In this document: in pieces, positions 1-12,599 of the stretch | How the letters are laid out: each line of letters opens with the position of its first letter | Position numbering within the stretch: the stretch's first letter is position 1 | DNA from: Zancudomyces culisetae HAW-14-8 | Taxonomy: Eukaryota; Fungi; Kickxellomycota | NCBI GenBank assembly: GCA_052426225.1 | Contig: JBNJNM010000014.1 | Location: forward strand, 186,001 to 250,000 | Direction: 5' to 3' | Length of the DNA stretch: 64,000 nt | Position numbers and translations under genes: made by a program | Notes under the pieces: generated by a model | The model's database searches: none | What the model was told of the DNA's origin: nothing | Seen by the model: only the letters and a program-made list of their open reading frames with translations

Positions 1-1613
1 GCGGGCTGTCCATGCTTATTTTTTTTAACAGAATAATTGGCATGCACCTCGTATTTTCTAATTATCATTGCCAACATCAGCTTCATAAGTGCAGCTGCAT
101 ACACCCTTGCTAGACAGACCCGATTGCCAGCACCCCACATTAAATTAGCCAACGAAGCATCAGTTAGTTTGAGACCAAGACGAATGTGTCGCTTGTAGTC
201 GAATTCATCCGCATTTGGCCCAAATATCCTAGAATCCCTATTATGCGCTTGAATGTTAAAACTCACATATTGATGTTTAGAAATAGTCACTCCATTAGAC
301 ATCACTACTTCCTGGGTTGTGCAACGTGGCATGAATAAATCTGATCCTGAAAGCCTGATTGTTTCTTTAATGAATGCATCCAAGTACACCATTTCGTCCA
401 GCATCTCGAATGGAATATGCTTTTTACCATCATTCTTTTCAATAAGTTCATTTTGCTCCTGCAGCAACTCTTTGTAGACATCAGGCCTCAAACTAAGTTC
501 TACTAACAGGTTGAATACCCGCCTTGATGCCACCTCCGCACCAAGTGATACAGCCATCTGTATGCAATACGCTACATTCGCTGTTTCTGACTGAAAGATG
601 CTAAAATTGTCTGTAAAAAACTGTATTATATCCTTTGGTTTACTATATTCGGGAAGATATTTTCTGCGGCTCGATTCAAGTTCAAAATATTCAAAAATGT
701 AGTTATTGCCTAAATATCCTGCAGTAAACAGTGCCGAAAAAAACTCTTGATCACTGACGTCTCCAAGAGCGGCCGATTTCGTGGCTTTTTTTAAGCTTCC
801 AATCAAATCCTTGTCCCTTATTGCGTATGGGCCAAAAAATCTAAATACTATAGCAAATCTAACCATATTTTTTACTGTTTCGTACAAGTTGTTAACCACA
901 ACCTCATTTCCATTATACATGCTTCCAGAGGATATAACCTCTTTCCTGATTACACGTTCCAGAGTTGGTTGGATTGCTTCCATAGATTCTTTCAAATCAA
1001 CATATGAAAGAAAATATAACAAGTATCTTCTGTATAGGATATCGCTCATATCCATTCCTCTGGTTAGTACTGTATATTTGTGGTGGTTTCTTAGAAAAGC
1101 CCGATTCTTATTGAATATTGTGTCTGGATGATTTACATATTCTGATGAAAACCGCCCACCGATCAAAACACTTCTTCCTTTGTCCAAATTAACCGTATAC
1201 AGAGTTTGATTCATGTGTTTTCCGTAAATTACACCTTCGTCTTTGCTCTCCTTGGAAGAGTTACGGTTAATACTAGCCTCTATACATTTTACTTTTTTTA
1301 AACCATAGGGTACTGCTATTTCCTTCACCGTTATTTTTATTTTTTCTGACATTTGATAACAGCAAAGAAGAAGCAAGGTAATGTTCTTAATAAAAACTAG
1401 TACTTCCTGTAGCCATTGGTCCGAGGCAATGAATTTTAATATCCATTTTATATCGCATGCCAACAATGGTAGGTAGATAAGATTTGTCAGTATGTGTCTA
1501 TATTCACTCTCTGTTGCAAATAACACAAGGTCATCAACCAATTGTATTGAAAATAATATTCGCAGAATATAGTCGTGTACGTAAAAACTCAAACCCAGAA
1601 TTGACCTTTCCAT
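1..1613 (-). CDS. Cytochrome P450, 3' end beyond the window edge (absent from the ORF track because no stop codon is in the window)
   Basis: Hand translation gives an uninterrupted frame from ATG 1613 (MERSILGLSF...) to position 1. It has a hydrophobic N-terminus, K-helix ExxR (YLDAFIKETIRL), a meander region (IFGPNADEFDYKRH) and the heme motif LMWGAGNRVCLAR at ~110-145. Confidence 0.9.
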   Translation of the reverse strand, partial: MERSILGLSFYVHDYILRILFSIQLVDDLVLFATESEYRHILTNLIYLPLLACDIKWILKFIASDQWLQEVLVFIKNITLLLLCCYQMSEKIKITVKEIAVPYGLKKVKCIEASINRNSSKESKDEGVIYGKHMNQTLYTVNLDKGRSVLIGGRFSSEYVNHPDTIFNKNRAFLRNHHKYTVLTRGMDMSDILYRRYLLYFLSYVDLKESMEAIQPTLERVIRKEVISSGSMYNGNEVVVNNLYETVKNMVRFAIVFRFFGPYAIRDKDLIGSLKKATKSAALGDVSDQEFFSALFTAGYLGNNYIFEYFELESSRRKYLPEYSKPKDIIQFFTDNFSIFQSETANVAYCIQMAVSLGAEVASRRVFNLLVELSLRPDVYKELLQEQNELIEKNDGKKHIPFEMLDEMVYLDAFIKETIRLSGSDLFMPRCTTQEVVMSNGVTISKHQYVSFNIQAHNRDSRIFGPNADEFDYKRHIRLGLKLTDASLANLMWGAGNRVCLARVYAAALMKLMLAMIIRKYEVHANYSVKKNKHGQP

Positions 1614-4600
1614 TATACACACTATTCCGATTTAATTGTTTATGTCCATATACCCTCTTGAAAGCTTTGTAGAAAAAAAAACTCTCGTTAATTTAAAAAA
1701 ATATCTCTCGTTTGAAGTCTAGAAATAGTAGAATACCTTTTTTTGAAATGCAGACTTGAGAATTCCCATTTTGACTGTTATATACTATTTTTATTTTTCT
1801 ATTTTTTTATATTTCTGATTTACTCTTTAGATTTAAAGGATAATTAAAAGGAATTTATTGATATTATCTCCCCCAAATTCTCCAAGTGGTTGTGTGGAAT
1901 TTTTAGTTTATTTTCAGTAAAATTATCCAATTTTCAATTTCATTTTTTTTAGCATTCTACACAATCCTCATTAAATTTGACAGCTACTTAAAGGCGCAGA
2001 ATCCTTCATCTTAATCAAAAAATTACGGAATAAGCTGTAATTTTTTCACTTCTAAATTAGCCCAATTACAAAACCCTAGAATACTTTTCGACCAAATCAT
2101 TAAGCAGTTTAATATTGTCTTTAATTGATAACCGTTATCATTTGACAGCTAACAATAGTTTGTCTCGTGTTTGGCTTCATTATTCTTTAGTTTCAATCCC
2201 TTTATTGAATATTTTCTAGAAAATGCCACCTTTTTAAAAAATGTAGCAGTGTGAAAAAAAATGTACAAGTGTGAAAAATCTAGACACATTTGTAATAAGC
2301 TGACCTGCTTGAATCTTTTGAGTTGCTCACTGAAATAGACTAATTAAATAAATGAAAAATAATATACTACCTAATTATCCCATGTGCTTTATATTGCTGT
2401 TCGCCACCTATATCGAGAAAATTTACTCGGAATATCTAGAAAATAAGATACAATGTGCATTAAAGTGTAATATACGTGATCTGTAATTATTCTGTACAAT
2501 TTCCATTGTCCACTTATCGTCAATGATATTGATAACTCCTGTTTCAAAGTTTTTACGCTAGCTGACCAGTGATGTCGCTTAAAGGCTAACGATGCGTCTA
2601 CATTTGCATTAATACTTTTATTGCCAGGTTTTAATGTTTTTTGTTTACTTTGTTGGAAAATAGTAATGAGCATAAAGCTTAGTAACTATCAAATGACGCC
2701 ATTAGATAAGTTGCAAAATTAAAACAATTTACAGACGAATTCATCTATAGGTGCTCTTTTTTGTAAAGAAAAAAAACAAAGAAGACACAAAGAGGTGAAG
2801 GGGTGAAGGGGTGAAGGGGTGTGTTCAAATTCAGCGTAAACTTGAGCCCAAACTGGGGAGTAAACAGTATACACATATTGAGAAAATCCTTTACGAAAAA
2901 TGTATGAGTGGTTCGAAAATAAATCTACAAAGAATAAAGACAATTCTCAAAACTCACCTCAGGTGAAATAAATCCAATTTCTGTGGACCTAAACTCAGTA
3001 ATAAAAGAACCTTTTTTTTCATTTCAGCCGGATCGGCTAGTAAAATGAGTATTGAAGAAAAAACCATAGCCCTATTTCTCAATTACAGAGACAAAAACTG
3101 ACTCAGCTTGGTCGAAAAGAACCAGATTTATTATTGATTCGATGGCTAATTTTATAAAAATTATTGAAATTGATGACATCTATTGCAATCTAGAACATAG
3201 TCCGATTAAAAATTAATATAGCCTAATTCATAGATTTTTCGCTAGAATTTTTAAATTAATCTAAACAAATCAATGCTTGGAAATAAATCACATCGGACTG
3301 GGATAAAAATAAATTCACTTGTAATTAATTATCACAAAGAAATTTGCAAAAATAAATGGTATCGGTAATTTGTAACATTTTTTGGGCGCCGCGAAAGCGG
3401 AACAATCAATTTGTCGCTAGATTTTAAACTTGTGATGTGAACTTTCAAGTTAATATTTTCATTCGTAAATGGCAAAATTCACTAACGAATACTAAAAACT
3501 ACTATGAATTATAGATGTAATTAATAAAATGCTATTACATCTTTACAACTCTCAGTTTAGAATGTGATGTGACAAAGCTCATAATTTTCTATGTTTTTTA
3601 ATACCTTCAAGAAGATCAGATGCTTTGTTTCCTTTATAAAAACTTTGTACTAGATATAATTAATAATTAAACATCGTACATTATTTCAACATGAAGAGGG
3701 GGAGACACCCGTTTGACGGGTGCGTTCATTAAAATCTTGTCGAGCTACATCTTTTATAGATGGATTGAAAAAATTGCGTACAAATACCCAAACAAAAAGA
3801 ACTCCCCAGAAAGATAATTGGTATTATTTATGACTTTGTTAGTCAGTTTAAGCTTGAAATTTTAAACATTTAATGTTTTACTTCATTTAAGCAGTAACTA
3901 AAACAATGTGCTAATAAAATGCTAATCAGAGTTTAACGAAAGATTTCGGTTCCCAAAACGCGTTTCACTTTCTTAGGCACCATCGCGAGTCATACATGAA
4001 AGTGTAATAAACTAAAGACTGTAGAATAAAGCTTCTTCTAGAAATGTAAAAACCTAATACAATCCTGTAAACTAATAGAGTAATTGAAAAATAATAAAAT
4101 AAAGAGCTGAAAATTTAATTTTGCAGATCACTGAAATTCTCCTGGACAAGTACGTGACGTAAGCTGTAAAAGGTGGTAAACCTGAATTTAACAAACATGT
4201 GATATTACAAGAATAGGAACCACTATCATGATATTGTTTTTAGATACAAAAATTAAATTAACCTTTATATTTATTCTTATAATTTTTATTACTATGAGCG
4301 GATCCCTCTTTATATCTTGCAATGAGGGCTATGAATGATGATTCATCCAAGGTGTTAAATGTTGAATCAATGAATGTAATCATTTTCTAAATATAAGACA
4401 GAGTTACAGTAAACCCTAGGCTAAATTACATCATACTCAGTGGGGAATAATCAAGCGCAGAGCTTTTAGGATCGTTACTGTAAATTCAATTTTGTATTCT
4501 CATTTGAATGCGAGGTAGTGACAGAATCGTTAAAAATTTGAAGAGTTTGGAAATGAGTTATAGCAAAAAGAATAATAATTTTATCAATGATAATAGTACA

Positions 4601-5771
4601 GATACTCACACAACTTTCACTCATACTCACATTTGTCATCAGAAGCATTATACTCCTTTTTTTATGCTGCTACTTTTATTGACAATGATACGGTTTCTGT
4701 TCCCAGTTTTAAAATATTTGCTATTTCTTAGTGAACTTTTAGACAATTAATTTTGTCTAACTTTAAAATAATATTATTTTATATGGGATGAGAATTATGA
4801 GCCTTGTCTACAACGAATCCAAATGACTGTAACAGGAAAATTCAGTCTTATCCACAATAACAAACAAAAACAGCGGTGGGGAAAAACGATAAATGATATA
4901 CAACCTTCCCTAAACATTTTCTTCGATATCTAAGGCTTTGCGGCTGTTAACAAATACCGCATAATAGTACTATTTTGGGAACACGTAAACTCGTGATTTC
5001 TATTGTTATTCAATTCAAAATTAGTTTAAATACATTTTGTGAGATTCACCAGACCAAAATAATAGCAATTTTTATGGAATATGTATGACTTCATTTTTGT
5101 TAGTTCGGGGGATATTTAATGTGAAGCAATCGACAATCATCAACTATTGTTAAATCTGGACCTGCACTATGTTGATTATGCAACTTGGTCCGTATTTTGA
5201 ATAAATGTGCATAACTACGATAATCAAAATACAAGTGTATCTTGTGTAATTTTTCTCTAGTTTGAAAAAAGTAAAATATAAGTAAAATATAAGTAACACA
5301 TAAATAAAAGATTGAATCAAATGACATTAAAGTTAATTATAAACACACTCGTATGGAACCCCTTATGGACAAAAAATAAAAAATTATACTCCTTAAATCT
5401 CAGTTCACTTATCATCAAGTTATAGGCTTAGTTGTACAAATCAGTGATTGTCAACTCAGCTGTTGCTTTTGTGCATTTTTGAATCAGATAGAATATATTA
5501 TGTGTGATTAAGACATTAAAAAACAAATAGACGGTTTCGTACCAGATCTCAAGGTGGAAATTTAATCCCACTAAGCTGTTAACATAATATAGCATAATAA
5601 TCTAGAGAAATAAATGTCTACATATATACAAGTAATACTATTGTGAGTAATACGTAACTTTTATTCTGATTATGAGAAAACTAAGTAGAGTTATAGACAC
5701 TGCATTTTACTAGTTTTAAAACGGTTAATCATAAAGGATGTAGTACCTGAATGCGATATTTAAAAAAAAAG

Positions 5772-5778
5772 TATAAAT
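5772..5778 (+). promoter_or_regulatory. Candidate TATA box of the 5921 gene
   Basis: TATAAAT ~150 bp upstream of the ATG at 5921; motif match only. Confidence 0.35.
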
Positions 5779-5920
5779 ACCCGCATCTCCAGCTCCTCGT
5801 TGAAAGTAAAACCATCTTCATCTGCTTTATAAAGCTAAAAAAATTTGTAATAGTCTATTATTGTATTTTTAACCTTTGTACAAACAAATTTAACGAGTAT
5901 AATACAAGAAACTAAAGAAA

Positions 5921-6619
5921 ATGACAGCGCTTAAGTTGACAATCGGAAGGCTGGTAATGACCACACTGCTTTACACTGCTTGTGCAAACAGTGTGCATCC
6001 AATGGGTATGGTGAGCGAGGCTCATAACTCTGGTATGCCACTCAAAAAACGTGGAGATTTCAGATATAACGACTACAGTGATTTTGATTACAGAAACTAT
6101 GATTACGGCTTTCAGATGCGGCCATCATATGCCGAAAATACAAACTATGGAAACTGGGACAGAGCGGAATATGACATGTATACACCAGTGAGATCACCAC
6201 TAGCCCACATAAAATTTGGTGCCACAACAATTGGTGGTGTAGGTGTAGATGGATACAGATATGGTCACAGAGATCATGGAAGAGATAGTGATAGAGATAG
6301 TTACAGAGACAATTACAGAGATATTGAAAGGTATTATAGAGGAGACGGTTACAGAGATAATGGAAGAGATAGCTACAGAGATTATGGAAGAGGTGATTAC
6401 AGGGATGATCGAAGAGATGATAGACGAGATGAATACAGAGATGATCGAAGGGGCAGTTATAGGGATAATGGAAGAGATAGTTACAGAGACAATAGAAGAG
6501 ATGAATACAGAGACAATAGAAGAGATGACTACAGAGATGATCGAAGAGTAGGTGGCGACTATCATTTTGCAATGGGCAGACCAAATTACCCAAATCCATT
6601 GATGCGTTCGAATGACTAA
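5921..6619 (+). CDS. Secreted Arg/Asp/Tyr-rich repeat protein
   Basis: Signal-peptide-like N-terminus (MTALKLTIGRLVMTTLLYTACANS), KKR dibasic site, then a Tyr-rich segment and tetrapeptide repeats RDSY/RDNG/RDDR/RDEY. Confidence 0.8.
   Translation: MTALKLTIGRLVMTTLLYTACANSVHPMGMVSEAHNSGMPLKKRGDFRYNDYSDFDYRNYDYGFQMRPSYAENTNYGNWDRAEYDMYTPVRSPLAHIKFGATTIGGVGVDGYRYGHRDHGRDSDRDSYRDNYRDIERYYRGDGYRDNGRDSYRDYGRGDYRDDRRDDRRDEYRDDRRGSYRDNGRDSYRDNRRDEYRDNRRDDYRDDRRVGGDYHFAMGRPNYPNPLMRSND
6250..6546 (+). repeat. Coding tandem repeat, ~12-nt unit (AGAGAY-NNN-NNN) encoding R-D-x-x
   Basis: Recurrent agagat/agagac hexamers at about 12-nt spacing are visible in the sequence. Confidence 0.85.
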
Positions 6620-8067
6620 GCCATACATAGATTATTCTTGGTGCTGTACCAACATATACAATGGTGTTATTTGTACACGTTTCATTTTGCGCAAACAACC
6701 AAAAAATAATTGATTCCGACAATCAGCTTTCGTACTCCTGATTTTTCTGGTTTCTCAATACCCCATCTGCTACATTTTCTCATTCATCGATTGGGAGTAC
6801 GTATATTCTCCAAAACCACCATACACTAAAACTATGTGTCATATCATGTACTTCAACTATTTCAAACTCGAAACTCTCTAAATGTTTTAACAATACACAA
6901 TGCTGTTCTAACCCATCATGAAACACTCACAATCTGTATTTTGTAAATAAGAATATTTTATTTTATTTCTGATTTTTGTTTTGAATTGGATCCGTTTTAC
7001 AAAAAATGTTGTTAACACACTTGTGTTTTTGATCTCTCGATGTTAGGACTTTTTTCAAAGTATACCGTTTACTAGCGTCGTTTTGTGTAAGGATTAAATA
7101 TATTTTGTACTATTTGTTTTGAAATTGGTCGTGCAAGGTTACTATCGATCCATAGATTCATTCATGTTTTGTTGAGGCGTTAACTTGTTTTAACTCTGAA
7201 TGGTTATTGGTACACAGCATACTGCTAGTTTCCACAGTATTATTTCTGATAAAATGATTATCCATACTTTTAAATACTGTATACCTGGTGCGATTCGAGA
7301 TAAAATCATCCTAGTTTCGAAGAACATTATATTTATACTTTAGTCATCCTAAGCGTCGGTAGTAGATAAAACTCATTGCACCATAGATTAAAGGATTTTC
7401 AGCGCAATCTAAATTATACCCAGGGAAGTTTATACTCTTGCGCATCAGCATCATTTGATTGAATTGAACCCAAGTATCGACAAAAATTATTCAATGTGAA
7501 TTTATTTGATCCGAATATTAACAAGTTCCAGATAGTTCGAGTCGTAAATATACCCATTCGACCATTCATGTTTTGTCTTAACCGCATAAACTGGATATCT
7601 ATGAGTACCAGCTCAACAGCGGTCAACTACCTACCCGTATGGTCAAGACTCGATACTAATTCTCATCTAATTTTGACCTGTTTATTAAAGATGTTATCAC
7701 AAGTAATGTTGCTGGATTTTTTTATTCCTTGTGTGGATAAATTCGGCCCATCCAAGGCTTAACCATCAAACCTTGTTTCTATGATATTTACATTAACTGT
7801 AGAACTGAAACTATCACAGGTCTATTATAAATATTATCTAAAGGTTATTAGCCTAAGTGCTTTTTTATAGCTATTTTCTATTGAATGGATAGTATATTTG
7901 CTTGTCTTTACTTTGAACTCTTTTTGAATATATACTGATCACAGTCGATTATTAAAATGTTTTTATTTTAAATTACCTTTCTACTTTTTTTAAAAGAATG
8001 AAAGTTGAAATAAGAGTCTATGCAGTTAATATTCTATTTTATAGGATGAAAATCTAAAACCTAGAAA

Positions 8068-8622
8068 TTAGGTTCTCTTGACCTTGAGCCAAGCGTATGA
8101 AACTGCATTTCCACCAAGAACATCAGCTACATTGGCAATGGTCTTGGATGATGATCTACGGACCACTTGGCATTTTCCAGTACAATCCTTTGCTGCACAT
8201 ACCACAATAACACCCTTTCCTGGCTTGGTCAATCCACTCTTCTTTCCGAGCTTGATTGATGCAAATTCATCAGTGTTGTAGCACTTTCCGCGTCTGACGC
8301 TGCGCTTGCTGATTTTTTGACCAAAGTTAGCAGTCTTGTACAATCTAACACTTGTTCTCTTGGCCTTGCGTCCACCACTGGCACGACCACGCATATCATT
8401 GAATTCACAACCAGACATATCGTTATTGTATTCATAATCAGCTAGGTAGTTGTCGTATTCGGAATCAGCAAGATCGTTGTTGTATTCAGCATTAGCAAGA
8501 TCGTTGTTGTATTCAGAATCGGCAAGACCATTGTTATATTCCTTTTGAGTACTGTTGAGGTTCAATGCACTGGTCAAGGCTGAACCGAAAAGCAAGGCGC
8601 TGACTAAAGTTGGCTTGAACAT
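8068..8622 (-). CDS. Small secreted precursor: signal peptide, acidic repeat propeptide, cationic Cys-containing domain (family member 1)
   Basis: MFKPTLVSALLFGSALTSA signal; (EYNNDLADS)-like 9-aa repeat x4-5; RKAKR basic site; basic C-terminal domain containing CY...PGKG.I..C....C.G.C...VLGG.A.S..W. Confidence 0.85.
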   Translation of the reverse strand: MFKPTLVSALLFGSALTSALNLNSTQKEYNNGLADSEYNNDLANAEYNNDLADSEYDNYLADYEYNNDMSGCEFNDMRGRASGGRKAKRTSVRLYKTANFGQKISKRSVRRGKCYNTDEFASIKLGKKSGLTKPGKGVIVVCAAKDCTGKCQVVRRSSSKTIANVADVLGGNAVSYAWLKVKRT

Positions 8623-11442
8623 TTTGGCTATTTGTGGTTTCTGTTGGTTTCTGTTGGTTTGGTTTGTTTTGTTTTTGATCTATTTGCTTTATTTCCTGTC
8701 GAAATGATGTTGTGTTTTATTTAAATTATGTGGTAAAAACCCTACTCTTATATACTTTTGAGGGAGTTGAGCTAGTTATACTATTCACATTGTTAATACA
8801 CTAATACACAAGATAATGTGAATACCACTCAATAGCCTGTATAAGCTGTAATACACTCGCAAATTATTTGTTGGAGAAGGCTTTGTATATCAATATTGTG
8901 GTCTAGAATAGTATCAATAGCACATAGGTATCTTCAAGTATATCTTTTTCTTGCAATTATATTGTATTTCCAAATATATTCATACATCTAGTTTATTTGA
9001 ATAAACCCGCCTTTAAATTCTAGCAATTGTACATCTTTGTTGCTATGTGGGCAATTAAAAGTCACACTACTCTAGACTTGGCTCTTATTTGAAGCTGGTT
9101 TAGTTGAATAGATCGGCGCTTATCAGTTTTGTTTTTTGGAGAGACATCAGCTGAATTATCACTGGTAGTAAATAAAAAATAAAAAATAGAGAAACAATAA
9201 CAGTATTTATAGTGTAAGTAGTCGTTGTAGAAGATAATAATTGTAATTCCATTTGCCAGAGTTGTATCCATTCTGTTGTAGCTATTTAATGGAACAGCGA
9301 ATTTGTAGATCAAGAAATATATTAATTTTGAAATCGACAACAGTCTCGCCAATTAATGCTATTTTTTTAAAAAAAAAGTCTACTGGTTTATAATACGATC
9401 AACTAAAAGAACCAAGAACACTTTTGATAATGAGAAGGATCTAGTATTTTGGTGATCAAATTCGTTAAACTTGATTGCTGCCATTAGTTTCAAAAGTTTG
9501 GGTATATAGTTGAAACTTAATAATGATTTTAAGGAAAAAAAAAGTCAAAATGGAAATTAGAGTAAGTCGAGATTTGGGCACGTTTTCAACTAACAGTTCA
9601 TAAATATGAAGTCCTTAGATATACAGAGTGAGATTGGTTATATTGGTATTTATTTATTCACTCTTCTTTTACCAAGTTTAGAAATGTACATTGGCGATAC
9701 AACACCAACTCTTGTTAATTTCCAAGTTATCTTGTTTTATACTTACTTTTATATACTGGAAATTGTAAAAAAAAAAAACAAATGCAATAAGGCTTGGTTG
9801 TTGGATTAAAAGCAGTAAAAGATTGAAATACTGTGAATGTATTTTGGGCTGAATGTTCGTTTTGGCAAGTGTTTACTTGAAATACTAATTCTACTCGAAT
9901 ATAAAAAATGAAATGAAAAGGATGGTAAGTTTCATTACTACTGGAGATGGCGGAGGAAGGGAGGTGAGAATACATTTAATTTTTAAAACAGGGACGATAC
10001 AGAATTCGGCTAGTTTGATTTAAAAGGTTTATATTGTCGAAACTGAAGAATTTTGTAAAAGGTCATAATTAATTGTATGTTTGATTGCAAATTTTATGCA
10101 AGAGGAAATAGTAAATATGTTTGGGAGGGAGGGATGGAGGGGTATGAGGAAGTGGTTTGGAGGGTTGCATTAAAAACCTATTGATAGGCAATCTATAAAA
10201 TTAAAAAATAAAAGTAAAGTTGAAAATTTCAAGCAATGTACAACTATGGGCTGTCACAAGTTATAGTGAGGGTTGGAGAGGAGGATGAATGGTTGTAATT
10301 GGTATTCATTTTTATATATCAATGCATTTGATTAAATAAACAAAAGCTAAGCCACTATCTTCCTCCCCCACTCCCCTCCACAAAACAAAAAAAGAGAGGT
10401 AAAAACCTATGTTTGTAAACTTAATTGGGGTGAAAATACTTGCAAGAAGCAAATGAATCAAAACTACAAAATAAAAGCTCTATTTAACACTTAGGATACC
10501 TGTTTACATGGATTTTCATAAATTGCCATTTAATTTTCTCAAAACTGAATAATTGATTGGGATAAAGATAATTAACCGAGCCATTTCTTGGCTATGGGAA
10601 AATGATTCGTGTTTTAAATGAGAGCAGTAGCAGCACAATCTAATAAATGTCTTGTACTAATTATAAACTACTAGTTTAATTTTTTTAAATTTTTTTAAAA
10701 GCTTTGAGATGGAATATATCAAACTCAACTATAAAAGAGAACAATAATATCATGAAGAAGCCGCGAATTATTCAGCTTTGAAACTTGTGTTGAATGTAGA
10801 ACCTTTTAATACTCTACATATTTTCTCACGCAACTATACTTGATTTGCCAAAAATATATATTTTAATTTATTTTCTGCTATTAATTGAAATTAACCAAAA
10901 AGTAAAATTGTAAAATGTCTACAAGAAACGGATTTTTGGCACCACTAGAATAATACAAGTCGAATTACCATAAAACAAAACAAAACAAAAATGAATAAAA
11001 AAATGAATAAAATTAAAAAATCAATTATAGCAAATAAAATTGATTTGATCAAACAAATCATCGTTTATTTTTTTTTCCTGGGTAATTTTTTTGCATATCA
11101 GCCAATTTTTTAGTATATTTATTTGCTTTTGTGGCAGAGTAGCTTTACAATTTAAAATATAAGCAAAAAATATTTTTTTTTGTTTATACATTTTAATAAA
11201 ATTATTAAAGTTTGGAAAAATCGTTTTTGGCCAACCAAAGTTATCATATTGTCATTTCTGAACGCCTTGTTTTAACACTGTACAGAATTAGATTGAACAA
11301 AAAAATTGATAAAAAGTAAAAATGATAATCAAAGACTAGAATCGATACTCAAAAAACAAACAAAACAAAACAAAACAAAAGAAATACCTAATATATTATC
11401 AGTTGAACTAGCATAGAATAGATAGGATAGATATATAGACAA

Positions 11443-12324
11443 ATGGCGTGTACACAATTACCAAAGCGGCTGTTGAGAGGCCTACCAGCCGTAGCTCTGG
11501 TTTTAGGCGTTTTTGTAATAATAGTAGTATACATGTTTGAAGTACGAGTCGTGTTGGTTACAAAGCAATACACGCCCATAATATCAAAGCAAGAAAAACA
11601 CGATCCACCAACGTTTGAAAATCCGACGCTTAGCGATGACGAATTTGCGTCACTCGCAAAGGTAACGCAGTGGAAGTCGGCGAGTGTTATAGACCGGCTA
11701 CCAAGACACAATACAACATATCACCAGCTGACCCACGAATATGCAGTGCTTACACCTATTGGCCCCGATGACGATATTTTTTGGACCAAGAATCTATACT
11801 CCGACTTCAACCTTTTCCTAGTCTGCGACCACGACGACAGCCGCGCCGAGTGCGACTACCGGCTGCCCGACAACTATGTATACAAAACACTTCCGAAAAA
11901 GACGTTCGATATGCTCCAGATTTTTTGCTTAGGCTCGCACAACTACAAGGCAATCTTCAAGCTCGATTTTGACGTGCTCCTAGACAAGAGATATTTTCTC
12001 GATGTTCTCGAGTTCATGATCGCCAATCACCAACGCCGACTGTACTACGGCTCAGCCCTCCAGTGTGCTGATAGCTGTGAATTTTACATGGATGGTCCTG
12101 TATACGGCCTCTCCAGATCCCTCCTCGACGACTACTGTGCGTGCGATGTTGAGCGTCCGGATAGTGTCCACGAGGATGTCTGGGTCGCCATTACGCTCAC
12201 GGAATGTCTTTTGAAATCCGGTACCTTCAACAGTGAAAACCTTACCCTTATCGCGAGTAATGACCGCGGAGTTTTCCACAAAAAGTTTGCTGGAAAAAGA
12301 GTGAAACTGTATATTGGTTCTTGA
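11443..12324 (+). CDS. Type II membrane glycosyltransferase, GT31 (beta-1,3-galactosyltransferase/fringe)-like
   Basis: N-terminal TM anchor; motifs YKTLPKKT, IFKLDFDV (KxDxD), YMDGPVYGLSR and HEDVWV in the order expected for GT31. Confidence 0.75.
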   Translation: MACTQLPKRLLRGLPAVALVLGVFVIIVVYMFEVRVVLVTKQYTPIISKQEKHDPPTFENPTLSDDEFASLAKVTQWKSASVIDRLPRHNTTYHQLTHEYAVLTPIGPDDDIFWTKNLYSDFNLFLVCDHDDSRAECDYRLPDNYVYKTLPKKTFDMLQIFCLGSHNYKAIFKLDFDVLLDKRYFLDVLEFMIANHQRRLYYGSALQCADSCEFYMDGPVYGLSRSLLDDYCACDVERPDSVHEDVWVAITLTECLLKSGTFNSENLTLIASNDRGVFHKKFAGKRVKLYIGS

Positions 12325-12599
12325 TAAAGAGTAAACCTCTTTATTATTATTATTATTTTTTTTTTTTGCATGATTGAATTGTAAACTATTCAAAACAAAG
12401 CAAAGGAAGGAAAGTCAAGAAGAAAAAAAGTGTTTACAAGATAAATATAAACTTGATGATATATTATATTTTCAATAGTTTATTTAGTGTAATAATAATC
12501 AAAACCGTAAAATAAATGCAAAAATAAGATTAAAAGAAAGAAAAAGTGGTAAAAAAAGTATGTATAAATATAAAAAAGTGTAAAAAAACTCGGTTTGAT

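Noticed and set aside
781-1672. Plus-strand ORFs 781-1131 and 1484-1672
   Set aside because: Antisense to the P450 frame.
6060-6722. Three extra long ORFs overlapping the RD-repeat gene
   Set aside because: By-products of the stop-poor 12-nt repeat; only 5921-6619 has a signal peptide and good start context.
7300-7780. Possible decayed coding sequence between the two secreted genes
   Set aside because: No recognisable domain in any frame I read.
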